Source: Mytilus trossulus
Lineage: Eukaryota
Direction of reading: 5' to 3'
Length of the DNA: 64,000 nt
Assembly (NCBI RefSeq): GCF_036588685.1
Contig: NC_086379.1
Coordinates: 15,872,001 to 15,936,000, forward strand
Both the position numbers and the translations under genes were made by a program. Below are positions 23,801 through 37,559 of the stretch, in pieces (positions within the stretch are counted from its first letter, which is position 1; every line of letters begins with the position of its first letter). The notes beneath the pieces were generated by a model, which was given only the letters and a program-made list of their open reading frames with translations, did not search any database and was not told the origin of the DNA.

Positions 23801-26800
23801 CAAACACATCCCCAATGTTAAATTTTTTTGTATAATTGTAATTCTATATCCACGGAACTTTGTTGTAACAACAACAAATATTTTGCATCATGAACAACTT
23901 GTCTTTCCTCTATGTAATTTAAAGCTTAGGGACATGGAAGATGGACTTTTTAACTTTTGAAGGCCATATATTCACTTTCAACATTTTTTCATGCATTGCT
24001 TTATTGTATTGAAGGGTGGCTTTTTCCTTTGTGTTTACATTTTAAGTAATTTCTTTGTTATAGATAAGTGTTCGGTTTATTAATATTACGGTTTTTATTC
24101 TTTTCTCTGTCTTTTTGTCTTTTTTTCTCTTTTCCCTTTTCTTTTTCTGTAGGTCCTTTGTTTTCATCGTTGTTATAACTGTCGGTGGTAACATCGTTAT
24201 GTTCTGAATCTTAAATAAGTAATCATCATTGTTCAAATTATTTTTGTAAACAAACATACATATTTCAGAAATTTTTCGAAGTTTTTTGTTAAGATTTTTA
24301 AAGTTCATACATTCAAGAACCAAATATTAAAACAGCACTTAACCTTTCGTAGGAATGCGCAAAGCCTATATAATTGAAATCCTTTTGAAAATAATATTTG
24401 AAAACGCATTTTGGTTTTACATTTCGTTAACTACTTTGAAATTCATATAAAAAATTGAGAATTTCGATTCATGTAAAAATCAAAGTTAACGCAAGAATAA
24501 GATAGATCGAGATGAATTTCACGTGAGATGTATGTGAGAAAAATTTACCTGTATAAAGCACATAGAACTTTCAGTTTTTGAAAATGGTAAAAGCTTGGTA
24601 AAATTTTCTACCATCGATTTATTGTGGCCTCAGAATGATGTTTCATTGACGTTTACCTTTTATAAGTATATACTGTGGATTCATCTTTGTTATTCGTGGA
24701 GTACTAATTTTCATGATTTCGTTGGAAACAATGAAGAACGCCTTTTAACGATTAACCAATTGCAAATTCACTACAGCAATGTATGCAGAATTATCAACAA
24801 GACATTTAGTATTCACAAAGATGAAGGATTTTCACTATTAACAAAACTAGGCACCAACGAAAACACTACTTAATTTCCACTTCTTACGGTCAATTGTGTT
24901 TTTTTCGCCTTGTTCGGTTTCATCAACTCCTCATTTTTTTTCTTTATTCACACCACTGGGTCGATGCCACTGCTGGTGGATGTTTCGTTCCAGAGGGTAT
25001 CACCAGCCCAGTAGTCAACACTTCGGTGTTGACATGAATATCAATAATGTGGTCATTTTTATAAATTTCCTGTTTACAAAACTTTGAAGTTGTCGGAAAA
25101 CTAAGGTTTTTCTTATCCCAGTCATAGACTTCCTTTAATAGCCGTATTTGGCACAGCTTTTTGGAATTTTGGATCCTCAATGCTCTTCAACGTTGGGCTT
25201 GTTTGGTTTTATAAATATTTTGATTTGAGCGTCACTGGTGAGTCTTATGTAGACGGAACGCGCGTGTGACGTACTAAATTATAATCCTGGTACCTTTGAT
25301 AACTATGTCGTCTTCTGAATCACCGGATGTAGCATCATCGGAGTTTGATGAACCTACAAACAAAATAGAGATTACCACAATCTTTGGCGCAGAGATGTTA
25401 TCCGTTCCGTTTAATACTTCGTAACACTACATTCTATATCACCTCTGCCATGTGTCATATTAAGAGCAATATTACGGAGCATGTATGGAACGAATATGAA
25501 CTCTGCGCCGGAGATTGGATTCACAACACATTCCAAAACAGCTACAGTTCTTGTAAGCAATGAACCATTCATTCAAACATTAGAATCATAAGACCTGAAT
25601 TGTTTTAGTTACCAACTTTAGGATAAAGGGCATTCTCGTCGTGAAGTTATATTGCTGTAATTCACTGCAATAGCGGGTGAAACAATATTCAAGATGGATT
25701 GTAAGCGAAAGTACCCTTGTGAAAATCTACAGTATTTTTATATGAAGGATTTTTTTGTTACAAAGTATGCGTAAATAACGGGAATTCTTAACTATATCGT
25801 TGTTAAATTATATTTTACATTTTCAAAAGAATATAATGTATTCAATTTGAATAAAGGTTTTTTTTTTGCAAAATATATGCTTCATATTTAGATTTGGAAA
25901 GACAAGTTAAATTCATGACGGTACTCTTATCGTAATATATTGGTCTCATTTAAAAATATGTTACAAATAATTTCGAAAGATGAATCCTCCAATAAATAAA
26001 CCTTTATTTTTGTAATTTTTCATTAATGAATATTGTTCAAACTAAAAAGGTTATCATATCTTCAATCAAACAGCTACACTACAGACTCCCGACTTAGGAC
26101 AAGTAGGTGTGTAAAGGGGTAAATTATGGTTGTGAGCACTGTCAATCAACCCTATCACTTACAGTGACAGTTTGGTAATAGCACAATACTAGACAGAAGT
26201 GCATAAATAAGTTTAAATATTATTGACCTATTATATCGGTGATAAGTACAAACAAATTGAAACATCGGTGATAAGTACAAACAAATTGAAATATAGTTAC
26301 AAGTACAGTTTCAACACTAGAAAGTAATGTTTTCCCTAAGACTTTATAGTTAGTCAGTACAAGTGTAAAGCTCCTTTAAAAAATATTATATAATCTTTTT
26401 CATGCCTAAACTAATGAAATATGTATTATTTGTATGAATATTTGTGTTAATATAAATTATGTTTCCATTATTTTTAATTTGAATTCATTTGTCACCTTTT
26501 TACCTATATCATTAGCGCTCCGCTTATGCCGATTCTGTAATTCTTCTGCAATTAAAAAAATAAAATTGTTTGGATATAGTAAATATGGACAGTAAAATGT
26601 TAAAAAAAAAATCTCTCAGCTATAAGAATAAATGAGAAAAATTCTTTTGATTTAATTGACAATGGAATCGATTAAAAAGTTATGAGCAGCAAACATCTGA
26701 AAAAGTGACATGCAACACGAACCATCACTACTATTTTTTATTTTCATTTTTTGTTAAAATGCTTAGAAAGTGTGGAAAAGAGGGGGGTAATTTTCCCTTG

Positions 26801-29800
26801 CAAGAATGCATTATTAGTATTTTTTGTCTATTCGTATACATTGACATTATGTAATCAATTGATAAACTTGCAATATTGATGTTAGTGTGTCATGTTTCTA
26901 TACTAAACCAAGAATGGTCGTGGTACAATGGATTGTTACTAGTAGAAACGACGATACAATGTTCATTTACTGTCACAATACAATTCTTTATAAATAGCGA
27001 AAAAGAAGCATCAAAAACTTTTAGACGTAAACGTGAAATAGTTATGTGTTCAGAACTTATATGTTGTGTTTTTCCATATCGAGAATGGACCCTTTGGTTA
27101 CAACTATAACTATAACTGCGCACATTGCAATATAATGGAAATTTGGTTTGTTATTTGCTTACCTATGAAAACAGACAATAATTCTTTGCATTCCTTAATC
27201 GTGCAGCTGTTGTTTCCAGCGCATCTTGTACATGGAAGTTTTGACTGCTCCACCAAACATTCCTTAGTTATATTCTTATGCATGGCTGTATATTAAGAAT
27301 TTGTATGAAACTATTAATTGATTGATATAAATAACTCATGTAATGAAATATGTTTAGCGACACGAGATGTTTGCATAACGTTTTATCAATATTTGTTTTC
27401 ATTTCAAAGGTTTTAACTTGAACATGAACTATTAGCAGCAAAGTATAACAGTCAAAACGTCGGTCAACAACTTGTTTTCATGATAGATGCGAACCATCAG
27501 TTCAAGAGGGACTATTATTATTACAAGTTTGAACCATAATTCTCAATCAAACAATTCAGAGTCAAAAAAACACTTCGTAAATTGTATGCTTTCGAAGCCC
27601 TTTTCGGGAATTCATTTTAAAGATAGAAGATAAAAACATAATAATCAAATCCCTCAAAGATGAAATTAAACTTAATTACCTCAACCAAAAGTGTCTAAAT
27701 ATTTTATTAGATAACAAACGTATTTTTTTAAATATTGTCAGTTACGGATCAATGACTATTGAATAACAAATCGAAGTTTTCAACGACCTAGACTAGCTAT
27801 ATATTTCACCTTTGAAATAAGTAGATCGTATATAAGTATTGATAAAAAAAAAAGATGACAAACGAAATAATTTATTCCTAATTAAATTCTGGTAATGATT
27901 TGTATGTTGTTGTGTGTTTTGTGAATTCGGGATTTTTTCTAGTTCGGAACAGTCGATTCTAAGTAAATTCTGTGGACTTTTGTTATTCATGTTTTGCTTA
28001 TGAAATATGATAGTAGTATAAAGGTAGTAGTCTTAATGCAGAGATGGGTCTGTTTACGTTCAAGAAAATTTATTAAATTACAATTGCTTTTTCGATTGTA
28101 CAGTTAAATTAATGATAACATCATGTCTCAAAGTAACTGATTAAGTTGATGCTAAAACTACAAGTTATCATGATAACATCTGAGTACAAAGAATTTTAAA
28201 ATTACCCTTTTTAATGATATAACATATGTATAAATAACTGTATAACTTTTGTTAGAATGATTTTATTTAATAGGTTATAAAATAAAAAATAATAACTTCT
28301 ATAATTTAATGAACCACAAAGATTTAAAACATACAGTATATACATGCACACTATGTCACTGATTATGACCTGTTCCTACTTTACAATCATTAATGTCGGA
28401 ATTAGTTTGACTTTAATTGAAAAAATAAAGGCAACAATAAAATTAAATATAGTCACCAAATTTTGAATTATTTGGTGAGAGAACATTATCTGTATAGTGA
28501 AAATTAAAGTTAAAGGATATTGCAAACTTTTTATCTCTCTTCCTAAGAAGTACCTGCATGACGTCAGTCTCATTATAATAAAGGAACAAGTCGGTAAAAA
28601 GGAGGACCAATTCGTTCCCATTGGAATGCAAGCAGTCTGTTCAAAAACACGTCCTCCAAAAGTACCCAAAGGGATTTCTCTGATTTACTTAAAAGACTTT
28701 TTCTGTTTCTTTGGGGGAAAATTACAAATGTTGTATAATCTATAAAACTTGGGAGACAGTAGCTAACCGATGTTCAAACCAACTTTATAAAATATAAGCT
28801 GAGGTAATAGCAAATGATTTACATGTAAAGTAAGAGGTTTAGTTAGCTATAAAACCATATTAAATCCACCATTTTCTATATAAGAAAATGCTTGTACCAA
28901 GTCAGGAATATGACAGTTGTTGTCCGTTCATTTGATGTGGGTTTTTTTTATTTTGCCATTTGATTAGGGAGGTTCCTTTTTCTTTTTATATTCAAAATAC
29001 TGTAAGTTTTGAAATCTTTGTTATCATGTGAGTTGCAATAATTTAAGGAAGTTGATCCTTACTGTCTGCACGGCGAGCACTAAGTTTTCGTAAGTATAGG
29101 CAGAATGCTTGTGATCAGATATATCATAATTTTTAGTGCTCTTCATCTATTTTTTTTCAGTTTTCAGTAGATTTATCTGACTCACTTGTTAATCTTTAAT
29201 GAAGCACGGTAATGTGTAATTCTTAAAAAGTAAAATAACAAAAATACTGAACTCCGACGAAAATTTAAAACAATAAGTCCCTAAACAAATGACAAAATCA
29301 AATGATAAAACACAACAAACGAATGGACCACAATTGTCATATTCCTGACTTGGTACAGGCATTCTCAGATGTAGAAAATGGTGGATTGAAAATGGTCTTA
29401 TAGCGCTAAAATTCTCACTTGTATGACAGTCGCATCAAATTTCATTATATATTTGACGATGCGTGAACAAAATAGACGTTTGCACTCACACCACATCTTC
29501 TTATATCTATTATAGGTAAAATTGTCAAAATAGGTATACAGCCATCAATACTGTGTCACAAGCGCAATCAAAACAAAACAAACAAATACATAACAAAGAA
29601 GCACAAAAAAGAAAATATAAATTAAACAACCACATGCATTACTACTTATATGTATTTAAAATCAACCCAAATAATTGCATGGCGAAGTTCTGTATGTTTG
29701 ATGTTGGAATGTTCACACGGGAAGATATATCAACTAATTTTGTGTTTAAAAGTATTTTGAATTTTATAATAGAACAATAACATTATGACATATAATAGAA

Positions 29801-31205
29801 CAATGACAATATGGTAGGATGTTATTAGTAAAAAACAACGTCATATGTACCAAAGAAACACAAAAAGTAGCACGTAAAAAGCACATCAGCTAAAATGAAA
29901 GATATTACAAACAACACATTGATATAGAATAATTTTGTAGTTCAAAGTATTTTCAAAGTCATAACAGAACATTAAGATAATGACATTTTAATAGAACAAA
30001 AAAAAACGTAATGACGGGATGTTTAAAAGTACACAGTGTCATTATTTACTTAGACGAACATTTGCTTCAACACTTATCAGACCAAGCAAAATAGAGTCCT
30101 TTGAAATCGTGTTGTTTTATTTCGCTTTTCAGTGTCTGTTCTTCCATTGTTTTTCACTTTAAGTTGATGTGTTTTCCTCGGTTCTGATTTGGAACCCGGA
30201 TTTTTTTTCTTACAAATAATTGATGAATTTTGAACAGCGGTATACTACGGTTGCCTTTATTTATGCATGTTATTTGCTAAGTATTTAATAAATGAAGTTG
30301 TATTTATTATCAATTAGTAGTTAAATGCTTACCGGTTTGAATTACCATCTTTATTTTTTTCATGCAGCCTTTTTCGTTGTAAAACTTTCTATGAATGCAT
30401 GAAAACAACTCGTCGACGCCATCATATCCTTTAAAAGGCCAATTTACTGTATTTGCGACTTCACCTAAAGGATTCCAAGAGGTCAAAATATAAATATAAG
30501 ACTTTAAACTTTTCGTCAACAACTTTTTGTGTAAGATTGCATTTATTTCAATTCTTTCATTCAGGTAATTCATAACTTGCTTTATTGTCTAACCATCTAT
30601 AAACAAAACAAAACAAAACCAAATCAATAAAAATTCTATTTAAGCTGAGTTTTGAGTACAAAAAATAATGGTAGTAAAAAATAAATTTACAGAATTGTAG
30701 TAGATATATATTTCAGGACAAACGTGTAGAAAATAATCATAAAAATTGGTACAAAATTCGCAAAATTGTTGAAATAATATTTAAAAAAAAAAAAACTTTC
30801 ATAAACTGAACAACTATGTTATGACTTTCCTTGTTTAAACTGTGACTTCCTTGTAAGGTAATCACCCTTCATGTGTTTTCTGAATATGATGTGTCCCTGA
30901 ACCGAATCAATTTTTCACGAGTTCGATATTTTTGATTGTTTTAAATAGTAAAGCATGACATTTTACCTATCTTTCGTTTTCTTGAATTGCTGTAAAGAGA
31001 TCGTAGGTTTTTTTTTGGTTAAATCTGTGTGAATTATTTTTCTGTTTTAAAGGTGCTAGGATTATTTAAGTTTAATAGCAGTCCTTCACGTTTTAAATAT
31101 TTCATTTGGAAAGTCCAATAACTTACCTTTTCCATAAACATGATAAATTCCAGTTAAGACGTAGTAAACAACAACACAAGAAAGAATGTCCATATTCCTG
31201 ATCAT
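20850..31205 (-). CDS. Putative type I single-pass membrane protein with Cys-containing ectodomain, furin site and duplicated Tyr-motif cytoplasmic exons; this allele may be disrupted
   Basis: GT/AG exons: 31205-31127 (signal-peptide-like MIRNMDILSCVVVYYVLTGIYHVYG), 30464-30333, 27285-27163 (CLVEQSKLPCTRCAGNNSCTIKEC), 26545-26504 (RHKR), 25353-24888 (split by retrozyme), 24203-24090 (charged linker), 22954-22852 (TM VGAIVGISVGITGTIILFLIILAIIYVC then RRR), 22188-21799 and 21231-20850 (cytoplasmic). Phases are compatible except at the interrupted exon. Middle exons are less certain and some may be missed. Confidence 0.6.
24945..25306 (+). mobile_element. Unit-length retrozyme copy (about 360 bp) with mutated hammerhead core
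   Basis: Colinear with the reverse complement of 49366-49720. Core reads GCGTCA-CTGGTGA-GTCT..AGAC-GGAA-CGCGCG-TG. Flanked by TAT/TAT. Confidence 0.85.
25378..25517. mobile_element. Small MITE, possibly hAT-like
   Basis: TIR CAATCTTTGGCGCAGAG / CTCTGCGCCGGAGATTG (15/17 match); imperfect 8-bp flanks GATTACCA / GATTCACA. Confidence 0.5.
28443..28665 (-). pseudogene. Penelope-like (Naiad-type) RT fragment
   Basis: FGGRVFEQ..IPMGTN, then after a frameshift DLFLYY...FNFNFHYTDNVLS (degenerate FRYIDD motif). Confidence 0.75.
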
Positions 31206-34200
31206 GAGGATAGACCTGAGAGATTAATAAGTGTGATGGTTCATATATCATAATTTCAAATACACATGAAATTTGCACCGTGTGATTTCCGAAATTTAAA
31301 AAAAAAACTTAAATAATAGGAAAGCGTAGGTAGTAAAATAGTTATATAGTACTTTCTTTAATGCGGAAGAAAACGATGATATAAGTAGTAATTCTATAAA
31401 TAATAGTTAAGCGTATGTCATCAACGGATAAATACCCTACTTAGAGCAATTATATTCTACTTCATAGAACACTTGTATTTTTCTTTCTAATTATGGCCAC
31501 TTTTTCAAATTAAACTAAAATATATAGTTGTCTTTTGTTTTTAATGTGTCGTTTGGTGTCTGTTTATTTAAATCTAAATCAATGAATATAAATTGTTATC
31601 TATATTATTTATTCTTTTGTATATCTGTTAATGCTTGATAATCGTGATTCTGTTATAACTTTTTACGGCATTTCTAGATGTAATGATGTAATGAATAAGT
31701 TAGTTTTCATTTTATTAAAAAATATGATGTTTACTATTTCATATTTTTAGTAACACGTTTCTAAAATATTCGTATCGATAGTGTAATTTACATCCGGTTA
31801 ACTGATATGATGGGAAAATCTCTTGATTTATTCATTTATAGGCAAACATATAAAAAATTAAAGAAATTTCTCCCACTCAATTCCTATTTATGTTTGATTT
31901 GCTCTCCAAAGTTTGTTTTCGTGTTTTGTGTCTTTAAATGTATTGGGACTCGTGCAGTACATTGTTTAAGAGACGTTAATTGTCAAAATGCGCATCTGCT
32001 TTCATAAAATCAGAATCGTTCATGTTATCTAAATTAAATCTCATATGTATGTTATTTCCGTACTTATATGATCTTAATTCTTACATTTCGACTTCCAATG
32101 GTCTTTTGCTGTAGATACTCAATATAATTATGCGAACCATTTATTTTTAAATAGCAAAAGTGATAATCATTTCCAATAATAAGTTCAATAGGAGAAAAAA
32201 TGTTTACCATTAATTGAAAAGCTTCTTTCACAATACCAATGTTATCATCAGCATTCTTTTGATAATCTCACTTAACACTTTATGGATTATTAGAAACAAA
32301 CAACAACACATACATATAGAATATGTTCAAATATTACATAAAACTAACAATGGATATGTTTTTTTTTTATATTTCCGCATTGCTTTATGTGATCGTTAAA
32401 ATAAGGTCAAGTGGAAACATATATTTCTATGTTGTTCCGCTATATTTCAAAACTGATTATTTAATTCAAGTCAAATAGGTTTTCGTCAAACAGCAAATGT
32501 GAATTCTGCATAAAAAAGGAAGCGTTCATACTTAATTCATAATAAAAGAGAAGAAATTGTAATGAAATAAAAACACAAAAAAAACATTCAAAACAAAAAT
32601 TCATATATAACAAATTTCTGGTACATGTTTGATATTTCAATCAAAATAACACATTTAATACAAACCACATTGACTTTTTTTCCTAAAAAAAAATTGAGAT
32701 ATGCAAAAGGCAAGATGTAGCTTTGATATCGCCTAATTTGACTAATCACCTTTTTCATTATCTCTCAAAACACACAATATCAGCCGTCGATACTAATTCA
32801 TTGTTTTCAGTCGAATTTTATACGTTTCTTCAGGTTGAACTGTTTAACTTTTGATAAAATGCATGTCTATATTAACTAATCATGTTCCACATCTCTATCT
32901 AATACAGTTATCTGTATAGACACGTTAGTTTTTCTTGGTTTGTCTATTGAAGATATCGATATCAACAATATCATTTCCATGTCAACATTTTGGAAAAAAA
33001 TGTTTCTCTATGTATATGATTTTATAAGTCTACGTACCAGATTAAATATAAAGATAAGAAGATGCCGGACGATTTTCAATAAGACAACTAACCACCAGAT
33101 ACAAAACGAAAGTAAGTGTAAACAACAACTATCGTACAGTCTTCAACAAAGATTAACACTAATACCGATATGAAATGTCAAATATTTTAAATGGTAAAAC
33201 TCACTCTGATTTATATATATAATCCGAACGAAAATCAAATAAGGTAGATTACAACCGCCTGACAACCATTGAATCAAAGAGCTCAATATTAAGTTCAGTC
33301 AAATTGAGAACATGTTGGTGCTAAACAGGTTTACGAGCGCTAATTATACATATAAGCCGGTTCCATGAAATCAACGACGGTGGTGTATTCTCAATTCATA
33401 AATGCTACTTGTAAAAATCAGTTGGAAAACAAGATTGATTGTTTAGATCGTTACAAAGAACAAGAACAAAAAGACAAAATCACAAGGTATCGATCTTATA
33501 TAACTCGATTTGTATCAACTCACTCAGTTTTTATCTTATCTCAACGAATGAATAAATCCTATTTTCCTGGTTGAAATATGAATCAGTTCCCATCAAAAGA
33601 AATTTTGATTTTTCATATTTCTAAGTGTTCTTACGTGGTCTGTATTTTATTCATCTTTTTTACATGCCTAAACCTTGACTCATGAATATTAACTGATTTC
33701 GAGTATATCCCTATTCTTAACAGACTTTGCATTGAATCTTTAATACGAAAAAATACTTTTTCTATCGTAGATTTGGTAACGGTATCCTTATTTGTAAAAT
33801 TAAAAAAAAAGTGATTTATTCTAAACTATTGGTAACTGCATTTTTTATTGTTCGCCTGTTTAAACAATGTATTTCATTAACCAATCATGGAGCCCAAAAA
33901 ATTAAGATATGCAATCAAATGAATTACAACATATATTTAGTAGTTTTGAACATTTGATAAATAGCTGCTGTTTAAACCGTATCGGTCAACTTTGATGCTG
34001 AAGCCTATATCATACAGTAAAAGGCCTCAGGTTGATATTGATATCTTTGCATGATACGGCATGTTATTCGGATTTTGACATGTGCTATATATATAAATAA
34101 AAGAAAACATATATTTGTCTTTTGAGTGTACAAATTTATGTATATACTGATGGTTTAGCCTTAAACTCCTGGTTTCCTTAGTTTTTGTTATGACAGTGAC

Positions 34201-34425
34201 GTATGCACGATATCTCATTGTATTCAAGTATAATGGAAAAATATATTCTTGTTAGTAATTGATGTAAAACTGTCATTTTCTAAAGGTCTGACAACACGAC
34301 AATTTTATTTAACAGATCACACCATGGTATATAACGTCTACTGTGGAGCATTATCGGCTGACTTTCGAAATTAAAAAAAGTATGCAAAAGCGAAGACAAA
34401 TTTGATTGTATTTACACATGTTTTA

Positions 34426-34665
34426 ATAGTTATCAAAGAATTCAGGCTTAAAATTTGATACTCCAGATGTTCGTTTCGTCTACATAAGATTCATCAGTGA
34501 CGATAAGATCAAAATGGTTGTAAAGCCAAACAATTACAAAGTTGAAGAGCACTGATGACCAAAAATTCCAAAAAATTGTGCCAAATACGGCTAAAGTAAT
34601 ATATGCCTGGAATAAGAAAATCCTTAGTATTTTGAATAATTCACACTTTTGTAACCAGTAAATTT
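34426..34665 (-). mobile_element. 5'-truncated retrozyme copy with hammerhead motif (34460-34503)
   Basis: Minus strand CGTCA-CTGATGA-ATCT..AGAC-GAAA-CGAACA-TC-TGGAG; same 3' end (GATAACTATT) as the copy at 49366. Confidence 0.8.
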
Positions 34666-35268
34666 GTAAAAAAATATTGTTAAAAAATATATAAAACTAC
34701 TGATAATTTTTTTTAATCTGATACAATACATATCTCATGTATCTGTAGAACAATTTGATCATGGCAAATAAGCGTAAGACATGTAATTGTATTAACTAGA
34801 GGAAAATAAGAAGAGTTTCTATGATTACATATCACATAGTCCAGGATTCACTTAGAATATCTGTATAGGATAAAAACAACGTAGTAGAATAAGATATTTC
34901 GCTGATATATGACGTAAGACTGTCATCATAATGTGCGCCACAACCTGTAAACCTGTATTAAATGAAAATATTTATTATCCTTTTTTTTTAATGTTACATT
35001 AAATGTGTATATTTATACATTCAATTTGTCTTTAATATTATCTATTTGTGTTTAAGCAGTTACCAAAAGTTGTACATATACGTTACACACGAGACTGAAA
35101 GATACATAATTATACAATGTTTTCACATAAAGAGGTACACAGTTATCATCAAACATTGAAGGCATATTCAATTAATTCCAAATAAAACATGTAAATTTGA
35201 GCGTTTAAACTTTTCTTCTTTTAAAATGTAAGAAAACTTGAAGCACTGTCAGTCTTTTAGCCATCGCT

Positions 35269-36587
35269 TTGCAAGCAGAGCCAAATACAATGATAGTTCC
35301 AACTATGTATTGGCTTCCGAAGCTTCACAAAACCCCTTACAAATATAGATTTATTTCGTCTTCAAGCCATTGTGCAACTACAAAATTGTCTATTCTTCTT
35401 ACCAGCACACTTGATACAATTAAAAACTTTATAATAAATTATTCAAATAAGGCCTTCGAAAATAGTGGAATAAATTACTTTTGGAGTGTCAAGAACTCGT
35501 TGGAAGTACTTGATAAATTGCATGCTTATATTGGTGATTTTGAATCTGTTCAAAGTTTTGATTTTTCTACCCTGTATACCACATTGTCTCAAATTCTCAT
35601 TAAGTAAAAATTCACACACCTAATTAAATGGGCATTCAAAAATCAGAATGTGAATATATATGTTCAAACTCTTTTAGGTCATTTTTTAGTAGCAATAAAC
35701 AAAAAAACTATGTTAATTGGACATGCTTTGATACTATATATGCCCTTGAATTTTTACTTGATAACATTTTTGTTCGCTTTGGGGATTCCGTATATCGTCA
35801 GATTATCGGAATTCCAATGGGGACTCACTGTGCACCACTTATTGCGGACCTCTTTTTGTATTGTTATGAGTTACAATTTATGACAAAAATAAGCAAAGAC
35901 CCATCAAAACTACATCTGATAAACAAATTTAATAATACTTTTAGATATTTGGATGATATTTTGGCTCTCAATAATGACGACTTTAGTATGTATATTAATG
36001 AAATTTATCCTGCTGAACTTACTTTAAATAAAGCTAATACTAACAATGACCACTGCCCTTTCCTCGATCTTGATATCTATATCACTAACGGAAAGCTGAA
36101 TACTAAAATTTATGATAAAAGGGATGATTTTTCATTTCCTATCGTTAATTATCCGTTTTTAGATGGTGACGTTCCCTTGTCACCATCTTACGGTGTTTAT
36201 ATATCTCAACTTGTACGATTCGCTCGTGTATGTAATAATGTTTTAGATTTTAACGAGAGAAATTTATGTATTACTGAAAAATTATTACACCAGGGTTTTC
36301 GATATCACAAACTATTCAAAACATTTACTAAATTTTATCATCGGTATAAAGACATCATTCGTAAATATAGCTCAACATGCAGACTTCTTATACGTTCATA
36401 TTCAATTTTTTATGGAAATATTCTTTATAAAGCACAAAGGTGTCAGTATTCACCTCAGAAACTTACAAAACCTTTGAATAGACTTATTAAAAAGGGATAT
36501 AATAACGATACTGTTGTCAAGTCATTAAAGATTTCATACTTTGGCGTTAATATTGAGTCACTGATAAGGTCTTTGCGTCGGAACTAA
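35269..36587 (+). pseudogene. Penelope-like reverse transcriptase, disrupted
   Basis: ORF pieces 35269-35607 and 35628-36587 are separated by a TAA and a 1-bp frameshift in the A-run near 35640. Confidence 0.88.
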
Positions 36588-36637
36588 ACACATTTATTTT
36601 AAAAACATTTGTTGGCATGAAACGGGTTATTTTCTTC

Positions 36638-36707
36638 TCATTTATGTTATGATGGTATGATACTAAACCCCTAACGGGAAGGATTGTGCCAGATGTTCAT
36701 ATGATGA
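36638..36707 (+). promoter_or_regulatory. SECIS-like (type II) selenocysteine insertion hairpin in the PLE 3' UTR
   Basis: ATGAT core (36649-36653), 11-bp helix II GGTATGATACT/AGGATTGTGCC, AAA (36665-36667), CCC/GGG mini-stem, and GA on the 3' strand (AGAT rather than canonical U/G-GA), closed by a lower helix. Confidence 0.7.
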
Positions 36708-37559
36708 AATCATAATCTTTCAGTCAGTTTAATTGAAGTCTGGAGCTGGCATGTCAGTTAACTGCTAGTAGTATGTTGTTATTTATGTATTATTGTCATT
36801 TTGTTTCTTTTCTTTGGTTACATCTTCTGACATCAGACTCGGACTTCTCTTGAACTGAATTTTTTAATGTGCGTATTGTTATGCGTTTACTTTTCTACAT
36901 TGGTTAGAGGTTTCGGGGGAGGGTTGAGATCTCACAAACATGTTTAACCCCGCCGCATTTTTGCGCCTGTCCCATGTCAGGAGCCTCTGGCCTTTGTTGG
37001 TCTTGTATTATTTTAATTTTAGTTTCTTGTGTACAATTTGGAAATTAGTATGGCGTTCATTATCACTGAACTAGTATATATCTGTTATGGGGCAAGCTGA
37101 AGGACACCTCTGGGTGCGGGAATTTCTCGCTACATTAAAGACCTGTTGGTGACCTTCTGCTGTTGGTTTTTTTTTATTTGGTCGGGTTGTTGTCTCTTTG
37201 ACACATTCCCCATTTCCATTCTCAATTTTATATTACTTTGTTTCTGACACAAAATGGTTAATTTAGGTGCCAAATTTATGTTTTTTAGAAGAAAAATGTA
37301 CCGACGGTGATAGAATTCGAGTTTCAGGTAACATACAGTCTCAAAGTTAGTACCAACAAGTCGAACATTTTTTTTACGTAATCTGTTTTTAAAGCATTTT
37401 CTGGACTAAGCAATAAAAGTAAAAAACAACTTCAAACGTTGTACAATGTTTAACTCTCACCTTCATACATACTCCTTGAACTACGGTGAAGAATGCAATT
37501 GAAATACATTTAATTAGAAAAAAAATAACAATTGCTAATCAATAGGCAGTTCTTAAATT

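Larger units (their letters stand above)
35262..37232 (+). mobile_element. 5'-truncated Penelope-like retroelement (Naiad-type RT with no C-terminal GIY-YIG) plus 3' UTR
   Basis: RT motifs MYWLPKLHK, FDFSTLYT, GIPMGTHCAP, FRYLDD, PFLDL, YDKRDDF, SYGVYISQL. The ORF ends after the thumb. The 3' UTR runs to ...CCATTCTCAATTTTAT. Confidence 0.85.

Noticed and set aside
26890-27123. Extra exon of the membrane-protein gene
   Set aside because: It would need an intron of under 50 bp and has no convincing donor; left out of the model.
29413-29468. Second SECIS-like pattern (ATGA...AAA...TGA)
   Set aside because: Only about 6 bp of helix II can form, the spacing is off, and no ORF lies upstream.
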